Positions 57,856-64,000 of a stretch of DNA of 64,000 bases are shown piece after piece; within the stretch, counting starts at the first letter, position 1; the number at the start of each line of letters is the position of its first letter. The DNA is taken from assembly GCA_963693365.1 (NCBI GenBank), contig CAVNZM010000006.1:682001-746000 (forward strand), in the 5' to 3' direction. Below the pieces are notes generated by a model that saw nothing but the letters and a program-made list of their open reading frames with translations, was not told where the DNA came from and made no database searches. Source of the stretch: Amoebidium appalachense. Its lineage: Eukaryota; Protista; Ichthyosporea. The translations under genes and the position numbers were made by a program.

Positions 57856-60750
57856 TAAGTATTCGCTGGATTCTGTGAAAGTGAAAGGGAAGGGACGCCG
57901 GGTTCTGTTCTGATGATGGGTAGACAAGTCTGAGTAGATCTTCACAGAGTGTGCGTCGATGTGCACCGGTAGGATGGAAATGATGGCGCTGGGTTAATCT
58001 TGATTACTGGCCCGATATATTAAGCTGTTGTTGGTTTTGCCCCGAGGTATATACAAAGAGAGCACCAAGCTTACGGGTTGGGTGCAGGTGAGAGACCTGT
58101 TGACGGCAAAGTATGGGCCAGAATTTGCTGCTGCCGTGATGGAGAACAGAGACAACTGTGTCAGCGAAAAGGTCGGCCACGGGTTAAGGGTGGGTGGGGG
58201 GGGGGGAGGGGGGGGGGGGGGGGGCTGGGGAGGGAGGGGGGGGGGTGGAAGGGGAGGAAAGGGGGGGAGGGGGGAGGGGGGGGAATGGGGGGAAGGGAAA
58301 TGGTCGTTTCTTGGGCTTTCCTTTTTTTTTTTTTCCCTGTTATTTCATTTCCGTCTACTTCTATATCAACTCTGCTCTGATTGGAGGATATTGCCGGAGG
58401 GGAGTATGGTTGAAGGAAGGTGGATGGGGGAGTACTTCGTGACGTAAAGACGGTGGAGAGTGGGGAAAGGTGGGGACCATGAGGGGTAAATGCTTACAGT
58501 AGGGTGAATTGGGAGTTGGTAAGGTGTTAGGAGCATGCAAGAGATGGTTTGGGATTGCGTGTCTCCTTCTATTCGGGCTTCCCCGGGGCGGGGCGGGGAA
58601 GGGGGGGGGGGGGGGGGTGGGATTAAAAAAGCAAAGGAGGGGGGGGGGGGGGGGGGAGGGGAAGAAGAAGCAAGGAGGAGACGAATTGGAAAGGGAAATG
58701 GTGTGTGTGTTTGGGGGGGGGGGGGGGGGGGGAGGGGGGAGGGGAGGGGGGGGGGGGCAGAGAGCGGGTTTAAGTTTTTTGGCTGCTTTCTTGGGATGGC
58801 AAGTTAACCTCCTTTTCCAATCCTTCAACGTGTAAAAGAAAAGAAAATAACCGGGCATCCAGATTGCTTGTGCGCCGTACCAGTCGCACAAAACTCTCCG
58901 GACCATTATCTCATTCTCCCTTCGTTCCTTCATCCTTACCAATCCCTAACCCCGCCCTCTCTTTCTCTTTCTCCCTCTCTCCCTTTCTCTCCCCCGCCCA
59001 CTTGCTGCCATTATTATAGCATACATCACAATACACATTTTAGGTGTCCGCATCCACACACACAATACTTGCACGAAAGGAAGGGCATGACAGCCACGGT
59101 TACTAAAACCCTATTTTCTCTTTCTCTCCTCCTTCCATTCCTCTGCACACACACAAGTGTAACAAGCACACACACACACCCCACGTATATGCCGTACGGT
59201 GTATACATCCACGTATCATCCCCGATCTTTACTCTGCCTCCCTCCCCCCCCCCTCCCCCCCCCCCCCCCCCCCCCTTCCTCCTTCCCCTCCCTTCTCCCC
59301 CCCCCCCCCCCCCCCTGCTTGGCTCTAACAATTTCTCACACCTTAGGTTATGAAGAAGCTGGATGTGAGGCCGCCGCCCAAGAAACTGGTCAACCTGTAC
59401 ATGGAGGAGATAGCACGTGCACACAACGTCACATGGTATGTGTGTCTGTGGGATGTGTGTGTGGGAGGGAGAGAGGGAGGGGGGGGGGGGGGGGGTGGAC
59501 CTGGATAAGCGGGCCTCTTACAGGGGGTGTATCGATGTGTGCATGTGTGTGTGTGTTTGTGTGGATGTGTGTTTGCGCACGCGCACTCGTGCATGTGCGT
59601 GTGATCAAGAGATTGATGTGCGGATCAATTGTAAGACTATTTAGACCCCTCCCCCCCCTCCCCCCTTTCCCTCCCCACACACGCACATGCACAAGCACAC
59701 CCGCACACCCTTTTTAACCATCCAAAAAACGAAGCTTGGCGGAAGTGTTTTTTTATTGTTGTTGCAGTTGTTGTTTGTGTTCTGTTTTTTTGTTTATTTT
59801 TTTTATTGGCCGGGGGGAGGGGGGCGGGGTTGAACAATTTGCACTGGCTTTTTCACTGTGTGACTACTTTTCTTTTGTAGAATCATATGAGTGACCCCTC
59901 TTTTTTGGGTGGGTTTAGGGTGGCCAAGCCAGACAGCCCCCCACCTGCAGCCCTTGATTTGGATGACTTGGAGAGGTCTGAGGAGAAGGTAGCAATGTCT
60001 GTAGTGAATTGGAACCCCACGAGAGAGATTTCAAAGGAAACGGAATGTGTCCTTCAGGAATTATCCTTGTCGGATCTGCATGTGCAGATACAATCACTAC
60101 ACACACACACACACGCACACGCACACGCACACGCACACGCACACGCACACACTACCACTACCACTACCAATAAACAAGATGGAGGTTATGCTTCTTGAGC
60201 AAATCAATATCTTTATATGAAAGGCAACCCTTCTTTGTCAGTCTATGTATAGCCTTTTTTGATTTATGCAATGCTCACAGGGGTTGCATGGGTAGTTGTT
60301 TGCATATAGATGTGTGCGCATGGATAGGGAGGGCAGTAGTGGTAGCTTGCTTGTTCATGTTGGGAGCCCTTAGGGCGGGAAGGTTGAGAGAAGATGGGGA
60401 GGGGGTGGGGGGGGGGGGGGGGGGGGGGGGGGAAGGGGGGAAGATGGCTGGTGTTACTCTGTCATTGTTAATTATATCATTTTGGCCCTTGGCTTTATAA
60501 AATCACCGTGAACTAATGGGAAAGGGGGCAGTGAATGCACTGGTACTAAAAGAATGCGGAAGGAATAGAATACGGGCAGTGGTGTGATAAATGCATGTGG
60601 TGGGCTTTCGAGAGAGCCATATAACAACACAGAAATGTGCGAAAGTGAAAGAGGAGGGGAATCTGTGTGGGTAAGGGTTAGGACATAGATGCAGGGAGGG
60701 TAGGAGTTGTGCTCACGAGAATGTGGCCCCCGGGGGGGGGGGGGGGGAGG

Positions 60751-60781
<31 letters not shown>

Positions 60782-61598
60782 AGCACATGTGCCGGGTGTT
60801 GACTGTGTGGCTGGCAGAGTGCGGCGGTGGATGCTGAGCCACCAGCGTCTACGGATGCCCCACCCCCATACCTCTTCAAATTTGAGGAAGGTGTGTGCAT
60901 TCTACGCATGCTTGGCTTCCCCCCCCCTTCCCCCCTCCCCCCTCAACGCCCCCTTTTCAACACACACACCAAAAACACGTGCACACACCACCACCACCAC
61001 CACCACCGCTACCACCTTACCTCTCTCCCCCCCTCCACCCCCTCCCCCCCCCCCTCCCTTTCCCCTTCCCGTTCCATCTCCCTGCTTCACTCACCCCCCC
61101 CCCCCCCCCCCCCCCTCTCCCCGCCCACTGCCTCCCCCTCCCACCCGCTCCATCTCTTTGTCATTTTACGCTTGGCTGGCTTATGTGGACTCCCCTTTCG
61201 CGGTTATCTCCCCAGGTTGTAGAAAGGCAGGAATGAGTGTGAAAATGGGATATCATTAGGGGGGATAGACCTGCATAAGGATTGAAGCTCGAGGAGGCAA
61301 AATTTTGATGTAGAGAGATGGACAATGAGCCGTGGATCGTTGGCATTGGCTTTGTAACTGCTGTTGGGATTGGTAAATTGCTATCGTAATGGTTTGCTGT
61401 GGTGAATCCATGTGGTGGTGATGTGTGGGTGTGTGTGTGTGTTTTGGGGGTTGAAGAGGGGGGGGGGGGGGGGGGGGGGGGGGGGTCATCATGGGGTTTT
61501 GGATTCTCTAACGGTTACAGAAGAGACGAGTGTTACTCCCTTCCTCCCCCATCCCCCCCCCCGCCCTCCCCCCCCCCCCCCCACACACACACACACCA

Positions 61599-61678
<80 letters not shown>

Positions 61679-61713
61679 CACATACACACAAACACACACA
61701 CACACACATTCTC

Positions 61714-61747
<34 letters not shown>

Positions 61748-61970
61748 CTCCTCTCTTCCACTGCATCCCCTGCACGTGAGCTTGCATACACGTGTCTACA
61801 TCACTCACGGTACCACCCATTTACCCCCACCACCCCCAATATGAACAGGTGCCCCCGTGGACCCATCAGCCCCTCCACCGCAGCCACCGGCCGAGACCCA
61901 CACCCAGGCACCGTCCGATGATGATTTTGAGGACCTGGCAGCCCGATTCCAGAGACTGAAGAAGGACTAA
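56973..61970 (+). CDS. IST1: ESCRT-III-associated factor IST1, 7 exons, 268 aa
   Basis: Exons 56973-57253, 57719-57806, 58088-58171, 59347-59435, 59919-59988, 60818-60890, 61849-61970. [11 protein letters not shown]...ARKEIASLL...[10 protein letters not shown]...[42 protein letters not shown]...[16 protein letters not shown]-terminal MIM1 [14 protein letters not shown]. Confidence 0.95.
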
Positions 61971-62076
61971 CCACGTGTATGCTTTGGTTAAATGCCTGTG
62001 GGGCATACAGTTGTCATGCCAGAAAGAGCTCGAGGGGCCTGGGCTGCAATATGGGAAGGAATAGGCATATCTAGAT

Positions 62077-62112
<36 letters not shown>

Positions 62113-62162
62113 TTTTTTTGGGGGGGGGGGGGGGGGAGGGGGGAGGGGGAGGGGGGGGAGGG

Positions 62163-62240
62163 GAATGGATTATGTAGTACCATGTACACATTCACGACGG
62201 CGAACACCACCGACACTGCAGATCTTGCAAAGCACCGAGT
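62163..62240 (-). mobile_element. Poly(C)-ended family, diverged 3' fragment K (downstream of the IST1 stop)
   Basis: Minus strand tttgcaagatctgcag...tggtgttcgccgtcgtgaatgtgtacatggtactacataatccattcccc resembles copies I and A; followed by a C-run then an A-run. Confidence 0.5.
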
Positions 62241-62566
62241 ATGGGCAGGCGAGGGGGGGGGGGGGGGACGGAGGGAGTATAACAAGACGTCGGGAACAAC
62301 CCCATCTGAAGCTTAGTGGTTTTAAAGAGATGCAGATGTCGAATTCGGGCTTGCACATGTACAGCTCCGATGACACCTTCAAAGTTTGTAGTGAATGTTT
62401 TCAATAAACTTGAACAGGCCTGTAAAGGGCCGGGCCTTTTTGTGCGACTGATGCATATATCATTGCAGCCATTGGGAATGGTGACCACGGGCTGTGTGCA
62501 CACGTGTGCGTGCACATGAGCCTGTGGGTCGCCGCTCGTGCACGGTGAAGTATGGCTCACAAAAAG

Positions 62567-62647
62567 GCCTCCTCCAACGGGATTTGAACCCGAGCACTTG
62601 TTGTCCTTAGGCCGAGCCGATAGCTTGACCATCTGGGCCAAAAAGGC
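62567..62647 (-). pseudogene. tRNA-derived sequence (pseudo-tRNA / SINE-like head)
   Basis: Minus strand GCCTTTT-TGGCCCAGATGGTCAAG (A box) ... CGGGTTCAAATCCCG (B box / T-arm) ... GGAGGAGGC; acceptor and T stems can pair, the anticodon arm does not fold. Confidence 0.6.
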
Positions 62648-63587
62648 TAGCTCTCCTTCAGGGAGAAACACCAAGGCTATATGCCTTTGCCATACCACCC
62701 ACGGTCACGTCCGGGCGGTGCACGTGATAATGTTTACTAATGAGTACATCAATAGAGCTTCTGACGGTAGGCTTATTATCATTAAGTATTTTCTCCACAT
62801 GTGTGTGTGTTCGTGTGTGTGTGTTTTTGTCCACGTGTACACGTGCATGTGTGCGTGTCATAGTGGGTGTGTGTGTGTGCGCACCCGCTTGCAATTGTAC
62901 TGTAACATGTGAACATGCATGCGCGCGTGCACAGTGTGTGTGTGTGTGTGTGTGTGCGTGTGCGCGTGTGTGTGTGTGTGTGCGTGTGCGTGTGTGTGTG
63001 TGTGCGTGTGTGTGCGTGTGCACGTGTGTGTGTGCATGTGTGTACATGTGTGCACGTGAGCGTGTGTGTGTGTGCACATGTGTGTGTTGTGTGTGTTGCG
63101 CTTGTGCTGCACCCGGTTACTTTCTGCGTATCGCCGGCCGGCCGTGGAGCCGGCATGGTATATGTAGTAGCGAGGGTCCGGCATTGCTCTGAGGTTCACA
63201 CGGTGGCCTTGGCCGCGTGAGCCGCGGCGTGCTTAGTTAGTAGTAGTAAACCCACGTGGACATGTGCTTCACAGAAAACGGGTGAAAACTTCGTTTGTGC
63301 GCGTGTGCGCGTGTGCGCGTGTGTGCGTGTGCGTGTGTGCGTGTGCATGTGTGTGTGTGAGTGCAAGCGTGCGTGCGTTTACGTTTGCCTGTGTACACGT
63401 GTTACTATGTACACGTGTGTGTGTGCATTAGATATATCAGATCATATCGGCATGGAACCCGGATTCCATATCTAGATTTTTGGCAATAGTTGCCACTGAC
63501 CACCAGGGTTCGAAGTTACGAAAAAAAATCGGCATTTCCGATATTTGAAAACACAGTTCCGAAAATCGTCCCGGCCGGAACGCCCGA

Positions 63588-63633
<46 letters not shown>

Positions 63634-64000
63634 CCCCCGGGGGGGAAGCTTCTCATGACTTCGCAGGTCTCATCATACACGGGGCATACACCACCCACAC
63701 AAACTGCACACGTACGTACGTGTCTCCCTGTCCCTGTAGAATGTTCATTGGCAGACCCTGACTACAGCGCCAGCCTAGCACATGTACATGTTGTCACACA
63801 AAACACATTTGTGCACACACCCACGGCGTCGCGCGCGCACACACACACACACACACAGACACACATACACAAATTCACACACACACAGCCGTGACACCAC
63901 ATATGCATCATAGCCATGCATGGCCACATGAACATACAATGCATATATGCCTGCGCATGTATATATAGGCCGGCCTCCACTTCAAAACTTTCCGGCCCCC

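Noticed and set aside
62567-62647. Functional tRNA gene
   Set aside because: The anticodon stem-loop cannot be formed; kept only as a tRNA-derived sequence.
63504-63590. hAT-like terminus CAGGGTTCGAA (also at 41892)
   Set aside because: No partner inverted repeat or 8-bp TSD within the window; an 11-bp match alone is insufficient.

Overview
Eukaryotic, intron-rich genomic DNA; nearly all ORFs in the supplied track are artefacts of microsatellite and homopolymer tracts. Manual exon chaining (62 introns, all GT-AG, reading frames consistent) gives seven protein-coding genes: a short-type ABCC/MRP transporter (-, 3' end runs off the window), an intronless Ras-superfamily GTPase with a long disordered tail (-), GINS3/Psf3 (+), Arp4/ACTL6 (-), WDR18/Ipi3 (-), a compact Tubby-domain protein (-) and IST1 (+). 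The animal-like proteins and E2F-type promoter sites suggest a non-fungal, possibly holozoan, protist (inference only). The non-coding DNA is the unusual part. (i) About 11 copies of a 5'-truncated retroelement-like family end in poly(C) rather than poly(A), stack head-to-tail, and in three WDR18 introns sit where the branch point and pyrimidine tract should be. (ii) Intron ends are polarised: (GT)n or C-runs follow donors and (CA)n runs straight into acceptors in place of a polypyrimidine tract. (iii) Intron-private minisatellites occur, as does a 197-bp duplication that creates a decoy Tubby exon. (iv) There is a Tourist-like MITE, a tRNA-derived repeat, an AT-rich intronic island and a twin-hairpin ncRNA candidate.
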